From NCBI RefSeq assembly GCF_000011325.1, contig NC_003450.3, forward strand, positions 330,001 through 362,000: a stretch of DNA of 32,000 nucleotides, in the 5' to 3' direction. Positions 1 through 9,728 of this stretch are shown here, piece by piece; position 1 is the stretch's first letter; every line of letters starts with the position of its first letter. Origin of the DNA: Corynebacterium glutamicum ATCC 13032. Its GTDB lineage: Bacteria > Actinomycetota > Actinomycetes > Mycobacteriales > Mycobacteriaceae. Made by a program: the position numbers and the translations under genes. The notes beneath the pieces were generated by a model that saw nothing but the letters and a program-made list of their open reading frames with translations, was not told where the DNA came from and searched no databases.

Positions 1-1
1 A

Positions 2-379
2 GTCTCCCCTTTGAAATTGCAGAAGCTCCTTTATTACTCCCAGGGTGAGCATATAGCTGCAACAGGGCGAAAACTTTTCTCGGATAAGATTCTGGCGTGG
101 CAGCACGGACCTGTCACTCCGGGCGTTTATTCAGATACAAAATCATACGGCCGAAACCCAATTGATCCTGATGAGTTTGTGTCAGATGAATTTAACTGGG
201 ATGACTACTCAGATGTGTCAGATGAGCTTGTAACCGTATGGCGAAAATACGGCATCTATTCGGCGTGGGCACTGAGGGAAAAAACTCACAGTGAATCGCC
301 GTGGCTCGATGCCTGGGCACAAGGGCAAAATATTGAAATTACAGATGCTGCGCTGAAAGATTTCTTCTTGGTGCATTAG
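2..379 (+). CDS. DUF4065 / Panacea (SocA/GepA-like) antitoxin-domain protein; 5' end cut by the window edge
   Basis: The frame is open from base 2, with no stop before the listed ORF at 11. The translation LKLQKLLYYSQGEHIAATGRKLFSDKILAWQHGPVTPGVY carries the KLQKLLYYxQ...W.HGPV core typical of PF13274-type phage-associated/antitoxin proteins. Stop TAG at 377-379. The region is visibly AT-richer than most of the window. Confidence 0.8.
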   Translation, partial: VSPLKLQKLLYYSQGEHIAATGRKLFSDKILAWQHGPVTPGVYSDTKSYGRNPIDPDEFVSDEFNWDDYSDVSDELVTVWRKYGIYSAWALREKTHSESPWLDAWAQGQNIEITDAALKDFFLVH

Positions 380-383
380 AAAT

Positions 384-812
384 TTGAAAAAGAAACGAAG
401 GTATCGCGGCCAACCGCCAACAGATAAACCAAGCATTCCTCCATCAGGGCCACCACGAGATCCTGGTAATCCAAAAATTAGCTTTCGTCTTATTTAACCT
501 CGTTGGGGAGTTGAAGAACTAAATGCAGATCAAGCTAGAGCGTTTCTACTGAAGTGGGAAAAACGTTCCTCAATGACGTGGAATGAAATTATGATGGCCC
601 ACAAGCATAGCCTAGGTTCGGAAACGCTACCAGCTAAAAGCATTATTCCCGACTTGCCGGAATGGATGGATTCTAGTGAGAAGTTACTAGTTTTAAGGCA
701 TGAAGGTCGCCTACCTCAAGTTGGTATCCGCATCGGAGATACGTTTGAAGTCATTTGGATTGAGCCTGAATTTAATGCTCTTTATTCGCATGATGGCAAG
801 AACCGGCGGTAA
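384..812 (+). pseudogene. Uncharacterised ORF immediately downstream of the Panacea gene, interrupted by an in-frame TAA at 495-497 (intact ATG-initiated remainder 573-812)
   Basis: Reading frame 3 from TTG 384 gives LKKKRRYRGQPPTDKPSIPPSGPPRDPGNPKISFRLI-stop-PRWGVEELNADQARAFLLKWEKRSSMTWNEIMMAHKHSLGSE... The single stop is the only interruption over 429 nt. The 573-812 ORF has no obvious SD sequence and starts mid-way through what reads as a continuous polypeptide. It begins 4 bp after the stop of the upstream gene. Confidence 0.4.
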
Positions 813-972
813 GAGTAGAGATGATAGCAAACTGATGTTCGCCTTGCTTAGAGGACTTGAAAGTTTAGATTCGGTGTAGCTGAACAAGCACTTATGCACT
901 TCCTGCAGGGCACCAGGTTAAGGCAGTCAGTCATTATTATCGAAAACCCACGACTAACAAAAGGCCTCCACC

Positions 973-1536
973 ATGAAAACTGCTTCTGATCCGATTGACT
1001 GGAATCCGCAGCGCATCGCTGTTTCTGGCGTGAGTGGTGTGGGAAAAACGACGTTGTGCAAGCAAATCGCTGCACTTTCAGGATTCCCTCGGGTGGAGTT
1101 GGACAGCCTTTATCATGGGGAAAATTGGGTGCCGCGTGAGACTTTCGTTGCAGAGGTACAGGATTTCATCAAAGGTCCACAGTGGGTGATGGAGTTGCAG
1201 TATCGGCAGGTTCGTCCACTCATTGTGGAGCGGGCGGATACGGTGCTGTGGTTGGATTATTCGACACCGAGGCAGATGTTTCGGTTGATTAAGCGAACTA
1301 TTCCGAGAAGTTTGTTTAAGACAAAGCTGTTTAATGACAATATCGAGCCGCCTCTGTGGACGATTTTTAAGGATCCTGACCATATTGTGCGGTGGGGTTG
1401 GCAGACTAGGAACTCGTTGAAGAAGGTCACGCCAACCTTCGAGGGACGGTTTGCTCCGCTGACAGTGGTGCGCCTGAGCAGCCCAAAAGAGACAAAGCGC
1501 TGGTTGAGGGCATATGGGGAAAGCGTGAAACTCTGA
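973..1536 (+). CDS. P-loop NTPase, adenylate-kinase-like (FlaR/topology-modulation type)
   Basis: Walker A motif GVSGVGKTT at the N-terminus. Size of about 187 aa and overall layout are typical of the small AAA/adenylate-kinase-related kinases. Confidence 0.7.
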   Translation: MKTASDPIDWNPQRIAVSGVSGVGKTTLCKQIAALSGFPRVELDSLYHGENWVPRETFVAEVQDFIKGPQWVMELQYRQVRPLIVERADTVLWLDYSTPRQMFRLIKRTIPRSLFKTKLFNDNIEPPLWTIFKDPDHIVRWGWQTRNSLKKVTPTFEGRFAPLTVVRLSSPKETKRWLRAYGESVKL

Positions 1537-1551
1537 TAGGGTGCCATATCC

Positions 1552-2436
1552 ATGGCAGAAAGTTTTATAGAGGTCTCGGCGGGGCATGCGGATCGGCGGA
1601 TAGATAAGTTTTTGCGGGCACAGCTAAAGGGCGTGCCCGCGTCGTTGATTTTCCGTCAAATGCGTAAAGGCGACATTCGGGTGAATGGTCGTAAAGTGGA
1701 TCCGAATTACCGGTTGCAAGAAGGCGACCGAATTCGAATGTGGCAGATGGATTTGCTGGCAGATTTGCCGCCACCGGTCGTCGATAAGCATATTTTTAAG
1801 GCTGTCGCAGACAGCGTGCTTTTTGAGGACGCCGAATTACTGGTGATCAATAAGCCAGCTGGAATTCCTGTGCACGGTGGCACGGGGCACGGCGGTGGCG
1901 TGATTGAGGCGCTGCGGCAGAAGTTTCCGCAGGAACGCGACCTGGAATTGGTGCATCGTTTGGATCGGGACACCTCAGGTTTGTTGCTGGTTTCTAAAAC
2001 GACATCTGTGTTGCGCGAGTTGCAGGAAATTTTGCGAGACCGCGAAGAGGAGATTTTTCGGGGGTATTTACTCAAGGTCGAGGGGGCTTGGCCTGGCGAT
2101 TTGCGACAAATTGATGTGCCGTTGAAGCGGACGGAGACAACTGTTGTGCCACATTCGGATGGTTTGCGGGCGCGGACGTATTTTGAGGTTGTAAAGCGTT
2201 TGCCGGGTGCGACCTTGGTGAAGGCGCAGTTGGCGACCGGGCGGAAACATCAGATTCGGGTCCATGCGCAGTATGCGGGTCACCCTATTGTTGGCGATCC
2301 ACGATACGGGTCGCGTGGGGGCAGAGCTGCGACGATGCATTTGCATGCGGCGGAATTGGTGGCGCCTCGTGGGGCGGGGAAGCGTCAGAAATTCACTGCA
2401 CCGTTGCCGAAGGAGTGGGGTATGGGACGGGTCTGA
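1552..2436 (+). CDS. rluC1: RluA-family rRNA pseudouridine synthase with N-terminal S4 RNA-binding domain
   Basis: S4-like N-terminus (RIDKFLRAQLKGVPASLIFRQMRKGDIRVNG). Catalytic-Asp motif HRLDRDTSGLLLV. C-terminal TGRKHQIRVH motif. The symbol comes from my memory of the C. glutamicum annotation. Confidence 0.9.
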   Translation: MAESFIEVSAGHADRRIDKFLRAQLKGVPASLIFRQMRKGDIRVNGRKVDPNYRLQEGDRIRMWQMDLLADLPPPVVDKHIFKAVADSVLFEDAELLVINKPAGIPVHGGTGHGGGVIEALRQKFPQERDLELVHRLDRDTSGLLLVSKTTSVLRELQEILRDREEEIFRGYLLKVEGAWPGDLRQIDVPLKRTETTVVPHSDGLRARTYFEVVKRLPGATLVKAQLATGRKHQIRVHAQYAGHPIVGDPRYGSRGGRAATMHLHAAELVAPRGAGKRQKFTAPLPKEWGMGRV

Positions 2437-2445
2437 GTCGGGCCT

Positions 2446-2545
2446 TCGTGGAATCGCACTTTTTAGGCCAAGAGGCGCTTTTCTGAGGGAGGTTTTGGTC
2501 TCTTTTGCACTTTTTAACGCGTCGAAAAGTGAAATAGAGACCAAG
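2446..2545. repeat. Hairpin module related to the 22.5-kb repeat element (20-bp-arm inverted repeat 2495-2514 / 2525-2544)
   Basis: The arms ttggtctcttttgcactttt and aaaagtgaaatagagaccaa are complementary at 18/20. The loop and flank gcactttttaacgcgtcgaaaagtg resemble gcacgcttttaacctctcgaaagtgtg at 22512-22538. The preceding cgtggaatcgcac resembles tggtgaatcggcac at 22502-22515. Confidence 0.35.
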
Positions 2546-2918
2546 GACCGGATTTCTAAGGTCGCGTTTGGTTTAATACGGCATCTGGCCTGAAAGGACA
2601 GTGTGGAACCCAAAAATCATGCCCTCGCAGAATCGTGTTTAAAGGGTTAAAACGCCTCGACCCACACTCTGACCCATCCGTGAAACTAGACCTCTTAAAA
2701 CGACTTCTGGTTGGTGAGGTGTGAAAACCGCACTGCGGGGCCCAATTCACAAAAATCCATACGAGTGTGCACACCCGATTTTCACATCGCTTCGAGACCT
2801 CCCTTTTTGACACCTTAATTGTCTAACCCCGTATAGGTGAGAAATGTTGGACAAGTGTCTGTTTTTTGTGGGGGAAATCTGACTACGATGGTAAGAAATA
2901 AGGAAAGAGATTACCATT

Positions 2919-4956
2919 ATGTCTCAAGAGCGGCCTCAAATCGGCTCCCGCCTCTCTCGTGTCATTGAACAAGACGGCCTACAATTCCGCGATCTCGACG
3001 GCGACGGCGTACTTGCACCTTATGAAGATTGGCGTCTAACCCCAGCAGAGCGTGCCGCTGACCTGGTGAAACGTATGAATGTGGAAGAAAAAGCGGGCCT
3101 GATGATCATCGGTTCGCACTACCCCGGATACTCGCCTTTGGCGCCGGAGAGTGAAGGCAAAGACGCGGAAAAGTGCGAGCCTTTGCTGAACCCTGTCGAT
3201 ATGTGGCGTGAGGATAACCCGATCACGGGTGTTCCTTTCACCGAGCCTGTGCTGGCAACTTCTTCCACTGAAAATGCCATTAACCTGCGCAATCAGCGTT
3301 ACTTAATTGTTCGTGACAACCTGCCAGCTCGTGGGCTTGCTACTTGGACCAATGCTGTTCAGGAAGTCGCGGAGCGATCCCGTTTGGGTATTCCTGTTGC
3401 GTTTGCGTCGAATCCTCGTAACCACGTCGCGCTCGTTGCGCAGTTCGGTGTGAACGAGTCCGCGGGTGTGTTCTCTGAGTGGCCTGGCGAGCTGGGTCTT
3501 GCTGCGCTTCGCGATGCTGAACTGATGGAGACTTTCGGTACCGAGGCTGCTAAAGAATGGCGTGCCGGTGGTGTGCACAAGCTGTACGGTTACATGGCTG
3601 ACCTCGCTTCTGAGCCTCGTTGGTCCCGCTTCAACGGTACTTTTGGTGAGGATCCGGAGTTGATCTCTGATTACATCGCTGCTGTTGTGCGTGGTTTGCA
3701 GGGCCCTGAGCTGTCCAAGAATTCCGTGTCGACCACCATTAAGCACTTCCCAGGTGGCGGCGTGCGCCTCGACGGCCACGATCCTCACTTCCACTGGGGT
3801 CAGACCAATGAGTACCCAACCGAAGATGCGCTGGGCAAGTACCATCTGCCTCCTTTCCAGGCAGCTATCGACGCTGGCTGCGCCTCGATCATGCCTTACT
3901 ACGCACGGCCAATGAACAACTCCGCCAACCAGCTCGATCAGCAGCTGTGGCAAAACCCGACCACGCAGTTCGAAGAGGTTGCGTTTGCCTACAACCGCAC
4001 CTTCATTCAGGATTTGCTTCGCGACGCCATGGGCCACCGTGGGTACGTCAACTCCGACTCCGGCGTCATCGACGCCATGATGTGGGGCGTGGAGGAACTC
4101 AGCGAGCCAGAACGCTTCGCCGCAGCAGTGCGTGCAGGCACCGACATTTTCTCCGACATGGCTAACCCACGTCGACTGCTCGAAGCAGTTGCTGAGGGAC
4201 ACCTTGATGAGTCAGAGCTGAATCAGCCAGTCCAGCGACTCCTGGAGGAAATCTTCCAGCTTGGTCTGTTTGAGAACCCATATGTCTCTGAAGATGAAGC
4301 AGAAAAGATCATTGGTGCGCCAGAGGTTTCTGCATTGGGCAACAAAGCACAGCTTGATTCCGTCACCTTGCTGCGTAACAACCCCATCCGTGCTGCCACT
4401 GGATCCTGCAGCAAGCCTGAAGATCTACCCATTGGTTACTGGCCGTACCAAGATCGACGAGGTTCAACTACAGCTGGAAGCAGCCATTCGCGCAGAACTC
4501 CCAGGGGTAACCTTGGTGTCTTCCGAGTCAGAAGCAGATCTTGCAATCGTGTGGGCTCGCCCTGAAATTGCACTGTTTGAAGATGACCTCGAAGGTGTTT
4601 CCCTCTCTGTTGACCCTCGTGCCAATGGTGTCGATGTGGAACGCGTTCAGGCTGTGGAAGCTGCAGTCCCAACCATCTTGGCTGTGAACTTCACCAACCC
4701 TTGGGTGCTGTCTGAGATCGAGCCTGGTGCCGCTGCCGTGGTGGGCACTTTTGAGATCAAGCCAGAGTTCCTTCTCAAGGCTTTGACTGGTCAAGAGGGA
4801 GGACCAAAGGGCAAGCTGCCATTGACTGTTCCTGCTTCCATGCAGGCGATTGCTGATTCCCCTCGCGATATCCCAGGCAAGTTCCTCGATGAGTCTTACA
4901 CCTACGTGGACTCCGCAGGGATGGCCTACAAGTACGGTCACGGACTTAATTTCTAG
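2919..4956 (+). pseudogene. bglS: Glycoside hydrolase family 3 beta-glucosidase, split by a frameshift near 4380-4390
   Basis: ORFs 2919-4565 and 4261-4956 overlap in different frames. The first carries GH3 N-domain motifs (KHFPGGG, GYVNSDSG). The meaningful sequence switches from ...AQLDSVTLLRNN (frame of 2919) to PSVLPLDPAASLKIYPLVTG... (frame of 4261) at the run cccc at 4382-4385. The tail of the first frame is low-complexity junk. Confidence 0.85.
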
Positions 4957-5008
4957 ATTGTAGGTAGTCTCGTGGGCACAACTGAAATCTTATTGAAAAG
5001 GAGTGTCC

Positions 5009-6115
5009 ATGAGCACTGTAGTGCCTGGAATTGTCGCACTGTCCAAGGGTGCACCGGTAGAAAAAGTAAACGTTGTTGTCCCTGATCCAGGTGCTAACGA
5101 TGTCATCGTCAAGATTCAGGCCTGCGGTGTGTGCCACACCGACTTGGCCTACCGCGATGGCGATATTTCAGATGAGTTCCCTTACCTCCTCGGCCACGAG
5201 GCAGCAGGCATTGTTGAGGAGGTAGGCGAGTCCGTCACCCACGTTGAGGTCGGCGATTTCGTCATCTTGAACTGGCGTGCAGTGTGCGGCGAGTGCCGTG
5301 CATGTAAGAAGGGCGAGCCAAAGTACTGCTTTAACACCCACAACGCCTCTAAGAAGATGACCCTGGAAGACGGCACCGAGCTGTCCCCAGCACTGGGTAT
5401 TGGCGCGTTCTTGGAAAAGACCCTGGTCCACGAAGGCCAGTGCACCAAGGTTAACCCTGAGGAAGATCCAGCAGCAGCTGGCCTTCTGGGTTGTGGCATC
5501 ATGGCAGGCCTTGGCGCTGCGGTGAACACCGGTGATATTAAGCGTGGCGAGTCCGTAGCAGTCTTCGGCCTTGGTGGCGTGGGCATGGCAGCTATTGCTG
5601 GCGCCAAGATTGCTGGCGCTTCCAAGATCATTGCTGTTGATATCGATGAGAAGAAGCTGGAGTGGGCGAAGGAATTCGGCGCAACCCACACCATTAATTC
5701 CTCTGGTCTTGGTGGCGAAGGTGATGCCTCTGAGGTCGTGGCAAAGGTTCGTGAGCTCACCGATGGTTTCGGCACCGATGTCTCCATCGATGCGGTAGGC
5801 ATCATGCCGACCTGGCAGCAGGCGTTTTACTCCCGTGACCATGCAGGCCGCATGGTGATGGTGGGCGTTCCAAACCTGACGTCTCGCGTAGATGTTCCTG
5901 CGATTGATTTTTACGGTCGCGGTGGATCCGTGCGCCCTGCATGGTACGGCGACTGCCTGCCTGAGCGTGATTTCCCAACTTATGTGGATCTGCACCTGCA
6001 GGGTCGTTTCCCACTGGATAAGTTTGTTTCTGAGCGTATTGGTCTTGATGATGTTGAAGAGGCTTTCAACACCATGAAGGCTGGCGACGTGCTGCGTTCT
6101 GTGGTGGAGATCTAA
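5009..6115 (+). CDS. fadH: Class III zinc alcohol dehydrogenase, mycothiol-dependent formaldehyde dehydrogenase type
   Basis: Motifs [29 protein letters not shown] and the GLGGVG Rossmann motif. SD aaaggag at 4996-5002 sits 6 nt before ATG 5009, so the GTG at 5003 from the ORF track is unlikely. In C. glutamicum this gene is also called adhE. Confidence 0.85.
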   Translation: MSTVVPGIVALSKGAPVEKVNVVVPDPGANDVIVKIQACGVCHTDLAYRDGDISDEFPYLLGHEAAGIVEEVGESVTHVEVGDFVILNWRAVCGECRACKKGEPKYCFNTHNASKKMTLEDGTELSPALGIGAFLEKTLVHEGQCTKVNPEEDPAAAGLLGCGIMAGLGAAVNTGDIKRGESVAVFGLGGVGMAAIAGAKIAGASKIIAVDIDEKKLEWAKEFGATHTINSSGLGGEGDASEVVAKVRELTDGFGTDVSIDAVGIMPTWQQAFYSRDHAGRMVMVGVPNLTSRVDVPAIDFYGRGGSVRPAWYGDCLPERDFPTYVDLHLQGRFPLDKFVSERIGLDDVEEAFNTMKAGDVLRSVVEI

Positions 6116-6751
6116 ATGGCTCACGACGGATTGCGCGTAGAAAACATTGTCACCTCAGGCATCTTTGCCCTTGATGGTGGCGAATGGGAAGTCGACAACA
6201 ACATCTGGGTTGTGGGAAATGATGATGAGGTTTTCATCATCGATGCGGCACACACTGCAGCACCCATCATCGAGGCTGTCGGTGGACGTGCTGTGAAGGG
6301 CATTTTGTGCACCCACGCACACAATGACCACATCACTGTCGCACCAGAGCTATCCAAGGAATTTGATGCACCAATCTTCGTGCACCCAGGTGACCAAATG
6401 CTGTGGGAGGAAACCCACGGAAACCTGACCCACGAGGATTTGGCAGATCAGCAGAAGTTCCAAATCGCTGGAACTGAACTGATCGTGCTTAATACCCCTG
6501 GACACTCACCTGGATCCAGCTGCTTCTACCTCCCTGAAGCAAACGAGCTCTTCTCTGGAGACACTTTGTTCCAGGGTGGGCCGGGAGCAACTGGCCGTAA
6601 GTACAGCTCCTTTGACACCATCATTGAGTCCCTCAAGACCTCAATTTTGGATCTACCAGCGGAAACCACCGTGCGCACTGGCCATGGTGATCACACCAGT
6701 GTGGGGGCTGAGGCTCCACACTTGGAGGAATGGATTAAACGCGGGCACTAA
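6116..6751 (+). CDS. Metallo-beta-lactamase-fold hydrolase (glyoxalase II-like thioesterase candidate)
   Basis: HxHxDH motif (THAHNDH), followed by PGHSPGS and a later GHG motif. ATG 6116 directly abuts the fadH stop TAA at 6113-6115. Confidence 0.85.
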   Translation: MAHDGLRVENIVTSGIFALDGGEWEVDNNIWVVGNDDEVFIIDAAHTAAPIIEAVGGRAVKGILCTHAHNDHITVAPELSKEFDAPIFVHPGDQMLWEETHGNLTHEDLADQQKFQIAGTELIVLNTPGHSPGSSCFYLPEANELFSGDTLFQGGPGATGRKYSSFDTIIESLKTSILDLPAETTVRTGHGDHTSVGAEAPHLEEWIKRGH

Positions 6752-6780
6752 GCCCCGAACGATTAGTAGGCTTGGGCACC

Positions 6781-7452
6781 ATGGATCTTAAACTTGGTGG
6801 CCAAGTCATACTTGTTGTTGGCGGTGCAGGAACTATTGGTTCTGAAGTTGTAAAACTCTTAACTGAAGAAGGCGCAACCGCGGTAGCGGCGTCGAGAAGC
6901 ACGCCCTTATCTATTGACGCTTCGGATGAAGCGTCCGTCCGTGCGGGCATTGATCAGGTGATCGCAGAACATGGTCGCCTGGATGGGCTGGTTGTTTCTT
7001 CTGCACCCGCTGCGCAAACGCTCAGCGCGGAGACAGCAGATGATCCGGACACTGTGTTGGCTGCTATTGAAGGCAAAGCCATCACGTTTATGAAGGCTGC
7101 AACCGTGGCGCTCGAGAAGATGCGTGAGGCTGGACATGGGCGCATCGTTGCACTTTCCGGCATGAACTCATACAAAACATTGAGTACTACTGCGTCGGCG
7201 CGAAATGCTGCGCTGAATGTCGTGGTGAAAAATTTGGCGGATCGTCACGCGGGCACCGGAATTACAGTAAATGCGATTAGCCCGGGATTCGTGGTAGCTG
7301 AGCCAGACGCTGAGGTAAACCGCGCAAATGGTGACACCACGGTGGAGGAGGTCGCGGAGGCGATCGCGTTTTTGTTGTCGCCGCGCACCGCATCAATTTC
7401 TGGAGAGATTATTTCGGTGGGACATAAGGCGAAGGGCATCATCCTTCCTTAG
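6781..7452 (+). CDS. Short-chain dehydrogenase/reductase family protein (atypical active site)
   Basis: Rossmann motif VVGGAGTIGSEV and C-terminal VNAISPG. The ORF track starts at TTG 6772, but ATG 6781 (MDLKLGG...) is the more likely start. By eye, the position of the canonical YxxxK reads A-S-A-R-N. Confidence 0.7.
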   Translation: MDLKLGGQVILVVGGAGTIGSEVVKLLTEEGATAVAASRSTPLSIDASDEASVRAGIDQVIAEHGRLDGLVVSSAPAAQTLSAETADDPDTVLAAIEGKAITFMKAATVALEKMREAGHGRIVALSGMNSYKTLSTTASARNAALNVVVKNLADRHAGTGITVNAISPGFVVAEPDAEVNRANGDTTVEEVAEAIAFLLSPRTASISGEIISVGHKAKGIILP

Positions 7453-7538
7453 CTCGCGTGAGCTTCCCAAGCGTAAGCACCCCCGTGTGAGGGCATAACG
7501 GCCGTTCTGTTAAAGATTGGTCTGGCCATTTCCTCCAT

Positions 7539-8771
7539 ATGGGGGTGTCCGCGCTTAACATGTCTGACATGGTGGCGAACAAACGGGCACAGCGTAAAGT
7601 CTGGCTAGCGGTAGCTTTATCGGTCTTTACGGTCGCGTGGGGTGGCAATGAATTCACTCCCTTGCTGGTGTTTTACCGAGGTGAAGGGTTCTTTAGCAAC
7701 CTGTTCATCGACCTTTTGCTGGTGTTTTATGCCATCGGAGTAGCGGTAGGTTTGCTGGCAGCTGGTCCTTTATCTGACCGCTATGGCCGACGTGCCGTCA
7801 TGTTGCCTGCGCCATTGATCGCGATCTTGGGTTCCGCGTTGATTGCCTCGGGTGAAGAAACCGCCATCCTGATTGCCATTGGTCGAGTGCTGTCGGGAAT
7901 TTCGGTGGGCATGGTGATGACAGCGGGAGGTTCCTGGATTAAGGAGCTTTCATCGTCGCGGTTTGAGCCAGGGGTGAAAACCAGTGCTGGTGCAAAACGC
8001 GCATCGATGTCTTTGACCGGTGGTTTTGCGCTCGGCCCAGCGCTTGCTGGTGTGATGGCACAGTGGCTGCCACTACCTGGACAGTTGGCATATGTTTTGC
8101 ACATTATTCTCACTCTGATTTTGTTCCCGTTGCTTATTACAGCGCCGGAAACTCGTCAATCAGCGCACCTGAAAACTAAGGGATCATTCTGGTCAGATGT
8201 GCTTGTGCCATCTGCACTAGACAAGCGATTCTTGTTTGTGGTTGCTCCAATTGGACCGTGGGTTTTCGGTGCGGCCTTCACTGCCTACGCAGTTTTGCCG
8301 TCGCAGCTGCGTGACATGGTTTCTGCACCCGTTGCGTATTCTGCGCTGATCGCTTTGGTTACCTTAGGTTCTGGATTTGGTATCCAACAATTCGGTCCTC
8401 AAATCATGGGCACCTCTAAAACTCGCGGGCCGATTTTGGCCATGTTCGTCACAGTCATCGGCATGATCGGCGCGGTGATCGTGGTGATGAACCCTCATCC
8501 ATGGTGGGCGCTAGTTGTCTGCATGGCCCTCGGTCTGTCTTATGGCCTGTGTATGTTCATGGGGTTGGCGGAAACTCAAAACATTGCTCCACCTATTGAT
8601 ATGGCAGGCCTGACGGGTATTTTCTACTGCCTGACGTACGTAGGTATGGTCTTTCCAGCCTTGATGACCTGGTTGAATCAATGGCTCAGTTACCCGTTCA
8701 TGCTGGGCTTTGGTGCGGTGATGGCAACTATTTGTCTGATCATTGTGAGTTTTAGTGCACGCCGATTCTGA
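7539..8771 (+). CDS. MFS transporter
   Basis: About 12 hydrophobic segments. MFS-like loop GPLSDRYGRR between TM2 and TM3. The start is uncertain, with ATGs at 7539, 7560 and 7569. Confidence 0.8.
   Translation: MGVSALNMSDMVANKRAQRKVWLAVALSVFTVAWGGNEFTPLLVFYRGEGFFSNLFIDLLLVFYAIGVAVGLLAAGPLSDRYGRRAVMLPAPLIAILGSALIASGEETAILIAIGRVLSGISVGMVMTAGGSWIKELSSSRFEPGVKTSAGAKRASMSLTGGFALGPALAGVMAQWLPLPGQLAYVLHIILTLILFPLLITAPETRQSAHLKTKGSFWSDVLVPSALDKRFLFVVAPIGPWVFGAAFTAYAVLPSQLRDMVSAPVAYSALIALVTLGSGFGIQQFGPQIMGTSKTRGPILAMFVTVIGMIGAVIVVMNPHPWWALVVCMALGLSYGLCMFMGLAETQNIAPPIDMAGLTGIFYCLTYVGMVFPALMTWLNQWLSYPFMLGFGAVMATICLIIVSFSARRF

Positions 8772-9728
<957 letters not shown>

Noticed and set aside
3303-4202. 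Long antisense or alternate-frame ORFs opposite well-supported genes (for example 3303-4202 minus, 5168-6124 minus, 14341-15036 minus, 17090-17998 plus, 19738-20262 plus, 27203-27901 plus, 10660-11223 plus)
   Set aside because: Their translations are low-complexity and rich in Arg/Pro/Ser/Ala, with no family motifs. Each lies opposite a gene with strong motif evidence. This is the usual shadow-ORF effect in GC-rich coding DNA.
4370-4400. Programmed ribosomal frameshift in the GH3 gene
   Set aside because: There is no slippery heptamer or downstream structure that I could see. A simple 1-nt change in a C-run, giving a pseudogene, is the more economical explanation.
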